A DNA stretch of 63,522 bases, filler included, from Platydemus manokwari (GCA_037951405.1; 6 parts of 6 records of this genome joined end to end with filler, not necessarily neighbours in it); one strand, 5' to 3'; counted from the whole stretch's first letter, positions 27,252 through 41,097 are shown. The notes: a model not told the origin generated them from the sequence alone. A program made the numbers and translations.

Positions 27252-27854
27252 TTAAGCGAAATTGTCCATTTGGATAAAAACTCTATTAATCGTAGGCAAT
27301 TCAACAAATTTTATCACTCTTATATGAGTATCGACATCTGTCAGACTTCGGCACATTTTACACATATAATCAATCATGCGCATACATGCTAAATGACTTG
27401 AATATGTTGCTTGATCGTTGTAGACGATTTCCACAAGTACGAATTCGCTATTGATTTGATGGACATTCGTTGCGGCTATTTTACAATGGCAACAGCATTG
27501 AATCTTATCGAGAAAATGACAAGGTTCTTCACGCAGAAAGATCCTTGCCATTTGACTGGCTTTATTAATGAGAAAAGAAAACATGGAGATTCGGGAATTT
27601 TTCAATTCATTCGATGTTAGAAAACCATTTTTACATATGTGAGTCGTGCCGAGAATCGTTTTTCCCGGTTTTATTGCGAGAATGTCCATCGAATTGTTCA
27701 ATGATGAGGAAATGTCTTTTTTCATTGATAGATATTCGAATGAATTTGGATTCCTTTGTTGATTTAATAGCTTTCTTCGGAATTGATTGTATTTTCGTTG
27801 ATAAAGCTTATTCGGTGTACTCAGTGAGGAGAAGCTAGTACATGAGGTTTTCAT
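27252..27854 (-). CDS. Intronless 200-aa hypothetical protein, Cys/His-rich C-terminal half
   Basis: ATG-to-TAA ORF of 603 nt, long for this AT content, with balanced composition. No family recognised. Confidence 0.6.
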   Translation of the reverse strand: MKTSCTSFSSLSTPNKLYQRKYNQFRRKLLNQQRNPNSFEYLSMKKDISSSLNNSMDILAIKPGKTILGTTHICKNGFLTSNELKNSRISMFSFLINKASQMARIFLREEPCHFLDKIQCCCHCKIAATNVHQINSEFVLVEIVYNDQATYSSHLACMRMIDYMCKMCRSLTDVDTHIRVIKFVELPTINRVFIQMDNFA

Positions 27855-30800
27855 TGTTTTTGCTTGGATTGATTATTTATAGATATATCGATTATAATAA
27901 TAATCTTTATTCTCTGAATGAGTTTGTAGATTAATAACTCAATATACTTCTATTTGTTACTCCGGTAACACGCAAGAACTTGGCTAATTTGTAATTACTG
28001 TTCGTCCTTGCAATATAACGTGCATTATAATCTTTACAGCTACATTAGCACCGCAATGTTTACAAATTTTTTCATAAAGCAGCATTCTTTCATTTTCTGT
28101 TTCTTCATGAAATGGTACACAACACCACGTGTTGATCCTTTGTGTAATTTCATATCCACTCTTTCTATAATATTTAGTAAATACGATTTTCTATGGTTAT
28201 TTTACATTTACTTTGGTTTACCAAATAATCTCATACTTAACACACCCATAAGCTTGAAGTTACATTTTTGGTTTATTTATCTTTTCCAGAGATAATTCAG
28301 GGACCTTTTATTTCAACCAAATAGAAGTCATTGAATTATTGTTAAAGTAGGGTAGATCAAAAATCAATCAAAAGGGTTACAATAACCAAGTAAATAACCT
28401 TTAAAAGGGTCGATACACTAGGAACCGATATCCACTTGTGCCGTCAGCCAATCAGATTCTTTCTAATATTTATCCATATCTAGAAGCTAAGAATCGACAG
28501 ACACATACCTACAAATTGCAGCAAGCTCAAATATCCGCCAATGGCATGAGAGATGCGAGGAAAATTTCAAGTAGACCGACCTATGAACATATTCAGCAAA
28601 TGGAAAACGAAGATCCGTGACATCAACCAGACACACCAGATAGATCTATAAAAGAGGTTCAGTTCCATGAATAACTGCCAGTCTTTTTTGTTGGAAACAG
28701 TGCGTGTTGGTATCTTTTTGTGAGTTTTAGTAATCACTTTTTTTGATTACTTTCTATTATGTTTTTGACTTTCGGGCGCTAATCCCATCTTTTATGATTA
28801 ACTATTGAGAGTTTGTAAAAAGATTTACTAGTAGTTATTGAGATTTCGATTGCCATATTTTGAGTAATACAGTTTTCACATATAACTGTTGGTTAATACA
28901 CACAATAGAAATAGGATTCAAGCGACCAGATATCAAAATCGTCAAATTAGACACCCATTCAGATATATCCGAATAAAATATGAAAATTATTTAAACAAGT
29001 GCTAAAAATAGTAACAAAATTTAAAATATGGGCATTAAAAAATTAAAATAATGCATGAACAATATCGAATATAAGATTACTTATTCTGAAATTGTTTCTC
29101 ATGAACTTCAGACTCGAAATACAAGATCGGAAATTGTTTATTGGGTTTTTCCTCCCGTTTTTCAAAACTCTTTAATCAATATATTTAGATAATTTAATAA
29201 AAAAAATAATATGAAAATCCGTGTGAAATATTTCGCAATGGAGTTTAACCACATGAAAATACGTGATATTTGAAATACGACGACTAAGCTTTTTCTGTGA
29301 ATTATGAATTCATAGATATTCTATTTTCTGATTAGTAAAACAAAATAATCACGGAATTTGATATCCATTAACCAAAATGAGGGAATCTGAATGTCTGATG
29401 TAATAAAAGTAAATTCCGTCAATTGGAAAAATACTACAAACAATATTGTATAATATAAATAAGTTTATATATAATCTCTGCTCCTATCGATTGAAGATAT
29501 TTTATTTCTAGTAATAGCACTCATATATTTAATGCAAATCACTGGAGACCCATTAGAGATTGTTTACGCGTTATTTTTACTGAAAACACATCTATTGAAA
29601 GGGTCCGAATAGTCATTAGAACTAACGTGAAATTTTTTCTAATTTTATGTGAATTATAGCTGATTGCAACACAAATGAAGTTGAGATGACCGAGGGATAA
29701 AATGTCATGTACTATCTCTATGATTCAATAAATATCTACAAGCATGCACAAGAGCATATTCTTCATTATTTAAATTATTTTTACATTATTCATTCACCCA
29801 ACCCGTTCGCTTATTCACATTGTAAATGATAATAATACTGAATAGAGATGAAATCTCACAAAAGGAAAAGGATTTTGCACCTGAGAGCCCTTATTTTAGC
29901 ACTTAAAACATTTTCATGCCTGCGCAGCCATACAGACATAGCAACCAATCAATCACATTTGACTTAAATGAAAAATTTTAATTCGAAAAACGAACATAAT
30001 CATATGATAACACTCACGTAGGGATTGACCAATCCCGAGCACACAAAATCAATAAATTTAATAAGATCTTGAGAAATAAAAGATCGAAATTAAAACGTGA
30101 TACATGAATTGTACAAAAATCTCAAGGATAAATACTAATGTAAAGATGACCAACAGCCATTTTGAATTCAAGTTTTATGTTGTTGTTCTATATTGGTATA
30201 TGAAGTTTTTATTGAGCTTCAGAGTCCTTTTGGGTACGTATGGATTAGTGAAATACAGATTGCAATTTTCAATTCTTTTGAAGCCCAATAATAATAATAA
30301 TAACAATAATATTCGTAATAAAAATGCCAGTGAAAATAATAATAGTGCTTTAACAATCTCAGATATTTATAAACAGATAAGATTAGTAAAACATATCTCC
30401 CAAGTAAAAATATAATTTCTCATATTACAGATGAATCTAATCAAAAAAATATTCTTAAAAAATCTTAAATAGATATTCCAATACTAAATTCCAAACAACT
30501 GATACAAATTTTATTAAAATTATTAGTAATATTCATTATAAATACGAAATATAATTATAAATATTTATAAAATAGATGTTTTATCTGAAAATAGTTATTT
30601 ACCTTAACCTTTCAGAAGCAATTCTATAATAAATGTTGAAAATTATGACAAGCATCTTTATATTATATATTAGTTCATTTTTTCAAAGTGAAATTAAAAA
30701 AGGTTCAAAGATAAAACCCGTTATTATATGACGAAACATATTGAAACGAAACATAAATAAAATTTACAACTCCAATTAATGAAATAAAAATCTTTGAAAG

Positions 30801-32164
30801 GAACAAAAATTCATACTGAAATAAAAAAGAGCTGTAAATGTTTCCAATTTATATTTATGGGAAGAATTAAATTAGAGTATTTAGACTAAGATGGAAACTT
30901 CGTCGTGTTTATATAAAAATTTTGAAGTCAGATATCAGCTATTAATTAAGAGCAAGTGAAAAATTAAGTATTTTTGATTGGTGTTGTAGTTATTATATAA
31001 AAGAAAATAATTTTTAAAATCATCGATGAATATGTAATAAATATGGGAATGGAATCAACAGAATAATTACGCCCATAGTCGATAATAATAAAATTTCTGA
31101 ATTTTTAAATAATTAACACCAGATGGTGGCAACACATGTGATAATAGTTGCCGAGGAGAAAAATTAATTAAAAATCAAACCAATAAATGTTTTAGGAAAT
31201 CCTTCATGTATTTATTTGATTTAAATGTGACAAAATTTAATTAAGTGTGAAAATAAAACATTTCGAAAAGAAAACTATGTGGGAAGAGTTTATAAATTGG
31301 ATAAAATAAACAATGAAAATCAATTTCTAGAAATATGGGCAAGATAGATCTGAGGAGAATGAAATCAATTTGATTAATTCAACGAAATGTTTTTATTCCA
31401 ATATAATATTTACAGATTAGTGTTGTTAACTTTGAAATTGTGAGCATTGATTAAAAAAGAATTACAGTCATTTATGTGATAAGGTCTCCCGCTATATTTG
31501 GATCATGGAATAAAAGAATATGGCAACGAAATCGGTTCATCTTCTAAGACTAAAAAAGCCAAAAAGATAAAAAAAATAATAAAAATATTATCATTAACTG
31601 GAGAAATGAATACTTCGTTTAATTATAGTTTTCATTATATTTAATTATATTTAATTATGTTTAAATATTCGTTGAAATTTTTGCCTTTGGAAAAATTGAG
31701 TAAATCAATTAGGGATGAAGAGTTTATAGAGTTAAAAGAGAATATTCTGGTAAGAATTATCAAACAATTAAAAAGAAAGGAAATTATAGATAAATTATTA
31801 AAAAATAATAATTTAAAACAACGAAATATAGATCTTCTCCGTCTTTCTCTAATGTTTCTAATAATTTTAACTTATTCTCTGGATTTAAAATTAAATTTAG
31901 CGAAAAGAATTGTAAATATTTTACAATTAATTCGCCTTTACGTTTTGTTCCATAAAATATTCTCTCATTACCAAAACTTCTAATTCCACTAAATTTTATC
32001 GGCTTTAATTTTCTTCAAATCTCAATTAGTGCTTTAATAAGTGTTTTTTTAAATCCAAACATTCTCGTAATTTTATTTCTGATCATGAAAATTCTTTCTT
32101 CTTTTACAACCTTCATTGATGAACGTCTATAATGAAAACTTAATTTCTTTCAAATATAACTTTA

Positions 32165-32755
32165 TAATTTTCCTTGGATTTGGCAGTTTTTTATAGTTTT
32201 ATCAGGAATCCAATCCATTAATTCACAAATTTCTTCAATGGGTTCACCTAATAAATCAAAAATTAGCGTAGTATGTGTTTTCCTAAAACTATTCTCTGCA
32301 CTTCCGATCTGATGTGCACCTAGTATCAATCTAATTACACAAAATAAATAAATAAATAATTTCCCAATGTCAAATTTAATTACTAGAACAATTTTAATTC
32401 CGATATCAAAAAAGCCACATCTCTGTACTATCAATAGATTCAAACTCTATTAAACCATGTGTATTTAAATTAGATGTTGATGGTGATAGATTAATAATAT
32501 AGAAGATTTATTTTTAATTCCACCACTAGATTTAAGATTATTTATACCTTGTTTACTAGATTTTTACTAAATGAAATATTTTTTAAGAATATTACTTATC
32601 CTAATTTACTTAATTTTGGTAAAATACTATTTTCTGAATTATATACATCATTATGTCCTCATTTTTTAGCTGCTAATAATTTTCTTAATTCATTTAATGA
32701 TCGTATTGGCTCAATTGCTAACGCCCAAATTGTTCCCCTGATAATCCGATGTTCT
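32165..32755 (-). pseudogene. Decayed tyrosine-recombinase-like coding relic (Crypton/DIRS-type)
   Basis: TIWALAIEPIRSLNELRKLL resembles YR box I (R..E...L). ENSFRKTHTTLIFDLLGEPIEEICELMDWIPDKT resembles box II (HxxR...LG...I..L.GW). In-frame stops and short intron-like AT spacers lie between them. Confidence 0.4.
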
Positions 32756-33439
32756 TAATAATAACAAAATAAATATTAATATCTTTTTGTTTTAAATATT
32801 CATAATAAATTAATTTCTTCTTAAAACGGTTTTCTCGTGATTCTGTAAATGACAACGTTATTTATAAATCTTTTTAAACGATTATCAAATAAAATAGGGA
32901 GAAATATAATTACGAGAATTAATTACGAAAATTTTACCATGAATTTTAGTATAATTAAAATCAAGACTACTATTTTTTGTGTTACCACATGAATTATTTG
33001 TTAGCCATGTATTAAAAGAAAAATCATCGAAATTAATATATATAATGGAATTAAATTAATTGTTTACATCACCTCGACGTCTTGCTTTTTAATATAAATT
33101 ATTCTTAGAACCAGGTGGAAATAACCTGATCTATTTTATTTTCTAAAGCTTTTATATTTTTAATTGAGTCGTCTATAGCTATTTGTTATTTTATTTCAAT
33201 AGTTTTTAATTTTTTGTCTGAGTCTTGGATTTCTAATTCAATGTTTATTTCGACTTTTAAAAAGTGGGTTCTAAAAGAATATATTAACAAAAATAATTAA
33301 AAGTTAAGAGCACCATTTTTTAGAATCTGAAAGTCAATCGGGCATAAAAATTAATAATACTTAAACTTGTTTGTGTATAAGCGAATTCACTTTAAAAACA
33401 TATTGTTCTCTTAAAAAATAAACTCAACCTTTTTTCTAT

Positions 33440-34019
33440 GGCGACCCATTTCCCCATTTTTAAGATCTCGACCTATATATTGTTGGTGTTTAGTTTGCAA
33501 TTGATATTGCAATGTTTCTTAGATTCCGCAGACAAAACTTCATAGAAAATGACACATTGCGGCTTTTGAACGCCCGATGAAAGAATGTAAGTAAATCCAA
33601 AGTTGATAAATTCATCTGCATATGGGCAATTTCTGATTGTTGAAGTCATTCAATGGGTTTTTTGAAATGATATTTTGGTATAAGTGAAATGATATGTAGA
33701 ATATGTTATATAGAATGAAATGATATTTACTTATCATTTGATTTACATGTCAATGATTTACAACACGTGATGAATTACCTGTAATAATAAGATTATCAGA
33801 AAATAATTAACATTACCTATAAAATACTTAACTGTAGTAGTCAAGGTAATTGTGAACAGAAGTAGTTTAATCAGCATCACAAACTATTTATTTAACAGAA
33901 TCATAAAACACGATTTTTCTTCACATGTAATTGTTTTTGCACCTACCATAGTTCGGCGACCCTTTTAAAAATGCTTGTCAACCTCATTTGGGATAGCAAT
34001 CCCGGGGTTGGAACCACTG
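33440..34019 (-). mobile_element. hAT (Buster/Charlie-type) transposon 5' remnant
   Basis: Terminus CAGTGGTTCCAACCCC on the minus strand from 34019. ATG at 33649 gives MTSTIRNCPYADEFINFGFTYILSSGVQKPQCVIFYEVLSAES, then shifted LQYQLQTKH; this is the N-terminal BED-finger signature (FGF...KPQCVIC.EVLS.ES...L.TKH) of Buster transposases. Confidence 0.8.
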
Positions 34020-35117
34020 CCTTAGGAGAATTAATATCAATATTTATCGAACTTTACCAGTACTATATTTCAAATTATTCTAATCGAGATATATATTATG
34101 AAAGTGATACCTTTTATATTATTTTCAATTTTTAAATGTGTGGTTAAATTTGTTTGAACATTCTTGGAAGAATGTGTTAAAAATAAAAATAATCATTATA
34201 ATCAAAAGCATATTGATCATATCAGACAGTCTTTATCATTGATTATATTGCAGAATAGTGGCTTTATTTTTCTCATTTTTATCGGAAATTAGAAGCCAGA
34301 ACTGTAATTTATATTGGAAACAATTGGCAACTTTGAGATTTTGCTTCCAACTATCACTAAAAATGTAATAAGATCTGACTTAGGCACTTTAATGAATATC
34401 CTGCTTTTTAAAAATAAAATTTAGAGAACGAATCAATGAAATCTGATTAACATTCATGTTTTTCTTATTTTGTAGTTAATCTGAAATTTTGAAATACAAA
34501 CTCATTATATTGATTGAATAATTACAATCGATAACAGTATTTTGAATTTAAATTATCATTTAAAATTGCTAGCATGTAGAGATTTAAAGATTAATTACGA
34601 CCAATTTAACAAACCATATTTGATGTTGTCTAAATTATGGCAGTAGGTATTTTATTACGGCTGGCAACTTATTTATCTGAAATAGAAGCATTTCTTGATG
34701 TCAGATATTAATTAAGGTTATCAAATAATTTTGACACCATCGAGATGTAACGATTCAAAAAAATGATTATGATAATAATAATAAAAAAAATGTCCACAAA
34801 AACTCAAAGTTTTTTTCTTTCTTATTAACCAATCAGTATACTGGTTTATGTTTCTATCAAGATTAATGTAATCTAAATTGTGAATGATCAAATTAAATTT
34901 ATTCTTTCATTCTATCACTAAAATTATTGGTTAAAATAAGTCTGCTTCTTAAAATAATTTTCTTTCCATCATTATTATCATTTTCAAGAAAAATAATCCA
35001 GCACTTTTTAGTAAATANNNNNNNNNNNNNNNNNNNNNNNNNNNNNNNNNNNNNNNNNNNNTTAATTAATTAANNNNNNNNNNNNNNNNNNNNNNNNNNN
35101 NNNNNNNNNNNNNNNNN

Positions 35118-35194
35118 AAGTTTCATCAAACCATCTTTTGCGCAACAAAAATGATCCTTTCCTTGATCGAATTGTAACGTGTGACGAGAAATGG
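35118..35194 (+). mobile_element. mariner transposase fragment (cecropia/Hsmar1-like)
   Basis: VSSNHLLRNKNDPFLDRIVTCDEKW contains the first catalytic Asp motif IVTCDEKW. Truncated by the gap on the left and unrelated sequence on the right. Confidence 0.9.
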
Positions 35195-35679
35195 CGACGT
35201 TCAGATAAGTGCTTTGTCTAAAATCAGTATAAATACCGATACCAAATTCAGTAGAATCGCCTTACAGCGCTACAGTTAATCAATCACACGAATAATCTGA
35301 AGCGATTTGCAACGCAAAATTTATCATGAGTAATTCATTCTTGTTAATTAACCATTCCATAGTTATATCTGCAATCCATTCACGAACTTGTCAGTTACTA
35401 TAACTCTTCTCTGTCGAAACTCTTATCGGGTCTGAGTCTGTGTCCGGGCTATTAGGCGGCACCGACAATACCCATCATCTTTAGGGATAGGTATCGAACC
35501 TGCTCTTCTGGAAACTCTTGTAAATTACTATTTTCAACAAGTTATTCAGCTCGTATATCTGTTATATATCTCAATAAACATTATTATATACGTTGTGTTT
35601 TTGTTTTATTCTGTAATTGTCATAAGTGGTATATAAGTGCTAGTAGAAGTGCTAGTATCCGCAATCCTTTGGAGTCAGA

Positions 35680-36746
35680 TTGCTTAAAACCTCTCAATCC
35701 TCGAGATACAAAATCTCCACAAGTAGTGTAAATTAATTGTGATATAGTAGGACTGCTACCATTAACAAGGAACGGAAATAAATTCATATTAGTCTTTTGT
35801 GGCTATATTACTAAATGGCCTGAATCATATCCAATACCAGATCACACAGCGAATACAATAGCGAATACAATATGTAGAAGAAATTATATTCCAATTCGGA
35901 ATACCGAAAAAGGTACTTACGGATAGATAAACGGAATTTATGAGTAAAACCCTTACAGAAATTAATAATTATTTACAAATTACGAAACCAAACACATCAC
36001 CATACCACCCGCAAACAGATGGTTTAATAGAACGGTTTAATGGAACTTTATTAAATATGATATCATCATACGTAAATACAGCACAAAACGACTGGGATGT
36101 ACATATACCATCATGCCTTTTTGCATACCGAATTGCAGTACATGAAACTACAGGGTATACACCCTTTTAGCTTATGTATCTTCGAGACAGTAATTTGCCA
36201 GTCGATATAATAATAGAACCAAAAATATCACAATACATAAACATCGAGGATTACGCGGTATTAATGAAAGAAAGACTCTCGGAAGCATGGCAAAGAGCAA
36301 ATCTCAATATTAAATATTGACAAGAACAATTAAAAGAATAATATGATAAAAATCGAAAAAACCATTCAATTCAAGTAGGAGACAAAGTTATGATAGAGAA
36401 TCGAATATGTAAAAAGGGGATATCACCACAATTAATACCACCATATAAGGGACTATATATAGTAGAAAAAGTGACGGATACCAACTTATTAGTAAGATCA
36501 AGAGGAAAAAATAATGCTGATCCAATATGGGTTCACGCACAGCAATGTAAAAGATATGATGAATATGAAAATGAAACGCTAAACAAAGCAACACAGATAA
36601 GATCAATAGAAACAGAAGAAAATGAAATCATACCATCAACAAGTAAACAAGGATCAACCAGTCATAGATTTCCACTCAGATCACACCTTGATGATGATTA
36701 CCTTATTGAATATGTTAACAATAGCAAATTGTCCCATTTATACTAA
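35680..36746 (+). pseudogene. Ty3/Gypsy integrase (rve core plus GPY/F-type C-terminal domain), disrupted
   Basis: CDIVGLLPLTRNGNKFILVF...TKWPESYPIPDHTANTIA; FGIPKKVLTDR; TSPYHPQTDGLIERFNGTLLNMI; WDVHIPSCLFAYRIAVHETTGYTPF; QVGDKVMI...LIPPYKGLYIV...VHAQQCKRY. Frameshift and stops present. Confidence 0.95.
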
Positions 36747-36894
36747 ACCACCTATCATTAGACATAATTGGAGTTTAATTTGGGCAGAATTCTGGATAGT
36801 AATTCACGTACCTGAAAAGTTACCTTTTATAATAAAGTAAGACTATATACTTACAAAAGTAAACTTATTGATTCAGCAATAGTAACTAAGGAGC

Positions 36895-37538
36895 ATGTAT
36901 TCGAAAGTCATCACTGTAAAAATGGAACTTTGGTGCTATATTAAAAATAACGATATATTAATAGACAAAGACATCGTCGAGATTCAATTGAAATCACGTT
37001 TCACAGGAATAACAGTAGAGTCCGACAGACAATACATCTCAATTATAAAACCCGAAAGTAGATATTATATAATAAGAGCCAGGGTAATAGGAGAAAATAC
37101 GAAGGAAGCTAAACACTACATGATGTTAGAACATAAACCTAAGACAATGCATCTACTCCGGGACCCATGTGAAGAACCCATACGAGACACATCACTTGAA
37201 ATACAAAAAGAACTAGACACGAAATAAAACCAGCAGAAAACTGTGATTGTCAAAACACTACAAGAAAAGGAATAACGAAAAGTAGAAATACTTCACCTAC
37301 TAAAACAACAATAACTAAAAAACTAAAACCAATAATGGGAAAGATATCACCACAATTATGGTCACACATTAAGCAATCTAACAAAAATAACATAGACCAA
37401 ACTCAACTAATACCACATTATAACCAGAGGATCCGAAACGAACAAAATAATGAAATAATACTATTATATTCTACGCTATCAATAGAAAAACTGGAAATGA
37501 TAAATAGAGCGGAAGTAATGATTGAGCTGCCTCGATGA
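36895..37538 (+). pseudogene. Accessory ORF0 remnant of the retroelement, unknown function
   Basis: ORF pieces 36895-37227 and 37335-37538 with the same A-rich coding bias as the integrase. Beta-strand-like pattern VEIQLKSRFTGITVESDRQYISII. Confidence 0.5.
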
Positions 37539-37791
37539 TACTAATGGCTATAACCACACTATTTATGGTAATGGTAATCGGTAAATGTAAATAAAAGAGG
37601 GATTGTACAGACAGTAGGACCTACTTTTACAATAATAGGTCATATAAAATGACAACGTTATGGCAATCATAGTCAGAGAATATATCACCAATGATACAAC
37701 TATAAATCATATTAATATTTATCATATCATTTTTTATAACACAGCATCAACATAACTTGAACACAATTTAACTCTTTTCATGCAGATTAAA

Positions 37792-39265
37792 ATGAGAAGA
37801 AACGAGGTTTCAAGCTATCTATCTACCTACACTAGTAAAGCAACTTCCTATACCTACTCTACCGAAGCACCAGTTGGCTTACAATATCACGAGTATATGG
37901 CAATAAAAGCAAGAAAAGGTACTAGATATGTGTCCTTCGTAAAATCAATTACAACTGCCAAACAAACTCAAATATAGCGGACGAGTTAGTAGACACATTC
38001 AAGCTGCTCTACTAACCTATACAAATGTACAAATATTGATACAGCTAATGCCAGCTCTACAAAATCAAAAACACTACAACACCTTAATCCTAACAACTAC
38101 CAATGGGCCACTCACGGTCTACATCGCTGGAGTAGGAGAACCAATCTATCTCTCACCGCACACCAGCTTAGAACTTGGAAATTATGACGAAAGGATCGAA
38201 CGAATAACCCTTCTAAGTCAGGATGTACCAACAGCAGTGGTACTAGTAATGATCAAGAAGGAACAAGAACCTAAAGCGTATCCAATAACTAGAGGATTTG
38301 AAGAAATCCCTCTCAAAACACTCGATGCATATGAATCACACCAGAAGAAGAGCAACTCAATACATTATACATAGCGGCATTCTATGTGGATACCTTGGAA
38401 ATAATCACGGAAAAAATTCCAATAACCACTATTTGCTCCATCTCAATTCCGATCAAACGGAGCAACTATTAATCAATTCATTAATTACTCCTCGAAATTA
38501 CGTCAGACACTACAGAAAATATGACCACAAATTGGATGAAGAAAAACTAATAAATCAATCGGACCAAGCAGAGGCATATGAAAAAATCAAGGAAATAATT
38601 GATCAAAAAGTCTTTATAGGCTTTCAATTCGCGGACATAATAAAAGCCCTAGCGTTCCCTACATACTGTATTATGGGAATTAAGGATCTGTCAACAGAAG
38701 AACTGCTAACAAGATACAAGGTGTATGATAAAACACCATATAAACTTAAAAGAGTAGAACAACAAATACTGACAAACCTATTGAAGAAAATCCATGAATT
38801 AGAAACCAACAACCGAGTGGAACAAATAAAGGAAATCCATGACCTTATAAAACTCAGTGGAGACCAGCAGTCAACACTACTCCACTAATATCGGATTATG
38901 AATCAATCGACTTGGATACTGGAGAAATAGAAACCGAAATAGAAGAAGGAAATTCAGAACAAATGTCAAAAAAGGGCAAGTATGGGCCAAGCCTAACCTC
39001 TGGAATACCAACTGAACCCTTAAGTACAGATATCAATACTGATATCCCACAGCTAAGAGGAGAAAGGGTGCCTTATTTGCCACCAACAATTCTCCAAACA
39101 TTAATCGTAGATAATAAGGGATGGTACATTACGGCCATCCTCTATACGTGTGAAGACGACCTGGATGAGTTATGTCTCGACTTTAGTAATGAGGGCTTGG
39201 AACAAGCAAGATCCGGACAACAAGCCTTCGGACGAAAAGCAGTGAAACAAAGAGTCAGAGAATAA
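37792..39265 (+). pseudogene. Accessory ORF-A: beta-rich domain + DEDDh/REX4-like exonuclease fold + acidic linker + WxITAIxYT motif
   Basis: Frameshifted pieces read YIAAFYVDTLEI...TICSISI / LLINSLITPRNYVRHYR...LDEEKLINQSDQAEAYEKIKEIIDQKVFIGFQFADIIKALAFPTYCIMGIKDLS. This follows the REX4/ISG20 pattern (V.P...V.DYR....I....L.......V...V..ll..kilVGH....D..aL.......I.DT). Confidence 0.7.
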
Positions 39266-39593
39266 TGATAATGAGTAACGACAATGTAAATTAATTAACT
39301 TTTGTGATTATTTTTATGACAACTTTGTGTGATCATTCTTATAATTTATGTCTTCATTCTTATTACTTATGTCTTAGTGTTGTAATTTAAATCAAAAAAC
39401 TTATTACGCCTTAAGGATGTTGAAATTAAAGCAAATAACCAGAGCATAACAAAAATAAAGCCTAAAATATATAAAAACCAATCATAATAAATTAAAAAGT
39501 CTATTAACGTAATATATAACATACATTATATTGAATACATTATACAATATGTTATCAACCTTAAATGTTTAATCTTTATTTTCAGAAAATGAA

Positions 39594-41097
39594 ATGATTC
39601 AACGTCATCCACAACTCATTGGGACACACCCAACCAAATATTTCACAATTCCAAAGTTATACTGTAGATACGGTTATAACAATAATTTCAATGCGTAAAT
39701 GGAACAAAAAACCTGCCACAGCCAAACCTTTAAGGACCAAACACATCTTCCTAACAATATGAAATTCCCAAATAGAGGCCACAGAGCCCTAGAGACTATA
39801 TTTATCAATAATAGAAGAACTACTTCTCTAACACAATTATTTAACGATATCAATTATGCCACCGGAGTAGACGTAGTGTGCATACACACCACGGTAGTTC
39901 AAATATCAATCGTTATTCCTGGTCTTGAGGAAGTGATCTTCCTCCGAAGACATCATGCATTAGACATCACACAATGATGAAAGATTACTGAAAGGAGGAG
40001 TTTCCTTCTCAGTCCTGCCAGTAAATCTAATCCTGGAATCTAGTCGCTACGACATTGCACCGATGAAAAGTACAGTCACCTTCATACTAACTTAACCTAC
40101 CTGGGTATCAGAGAAGATATTCTTAATAGGCATTCCTTCATTCGAAAGAATCTGCCTCAAGATAAAATAAGAAGTAATATAAGAATCCTGGCCACTCAAA
40201 TAATGGAAACCATCAAAATCACAAGCAGTAAAGATACTGACAAGACAGTATGCGCTGTCACCGTTTTAACCTAAGAAGGATTAGTTGTACTCAATACAAT
40301 GGTTAAGCCTCGACACTATATCAGACACTGGAGAAATCAGGGAACGGATCAATTAACAGAAAAGTACATCATAGATGCTTGGAATGAATAAGCACTCGAG
40401 AGATACATTATATCCGTTCTGGACAAAAGAATTGTGATAGGGCTCAACGTAAACGAGTAATTGGAAGCTCTAAATTACTCTACTCACAGGCTTCTTGGCA
40501 TAAGAGACATAAGCAAATTCAAATACTGAGTCAAGTGGATGAGCCTTCAAAGGAATCCAGCGGATAACAAAATTAAAGGAAAAACTCATCCCAGATCATC
40601 GAGTTAATATGAAAAGAATAATCAGCTACCAAAAAGCGTACGATATACTAGAAATATGTCGCATAATGGAATATGGATGGCAAAATCATCCCATACTTCC
40701 TCGAGAAGAAACCAATGTAAATGAGCAGCTGGAAATAGAAAACGACAATAACCCAAAAGCAGCACCAGATCTAACAAAACAATTCAAGCCAAGCTACAAA
40801 GTCTTCGAAATAATTCCAGAGGAAGATGAACCAGAGGACTCAGAAGGGGAATACGTCTCATCAACAGAAGACGAAGAAGATGGAGAAAATGAAGACTACC
40901 CGATGACCGAACCAAGAGAGGAAACAAATCTCCCGCAGTTACCAACAATAATACCGCCAATGGTATTACTTAGCAGGGAACGATGGTTAATTACAGCCAT
41001 CCAGTACACTTAACCAGAAACGTGGGAACAATTTCTGCAAAGCTATACCAACCCCAAGCTGAGAAAATATGAAAACTATTTAATATCCTTCGTGTAA
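39594..41097 (+). pseudogene. Accessory ORF-B, full-length paralogue of ORF-A
   Basis: RILATQIMETI...TVCAVTVLT*EGLVVLNTMVKPRHYIRHWR...SVLDKRIVIGLNVNE*LEALNYSTHRLLGIRDIS, then an acidic tract, then LPQLPTIIPPMVLLSRERWLITAIQYT (ORF-A: VPYLPPTILQTLIVDNKGWYITAILYT). In-frame stops and frameshifts. Confidence 0.75.

Noticed and set aside
28300-28900. AAGTAAATAACC block like the LTR promoter, followed by a short ORF
   Set aside because: The match is too short for AT-rich DNA and the peptide shows no similarity to ORF-C.
35200-35650. Possible LTR end and PBS (AATAAA...TGTCA-TAAG-TGGTAT) upstream of the integrase
   Set aside because: The PBS is not convincingly tRNA-complementary and there is no match to the 41515-46105 LTR; may be a separate insertion.
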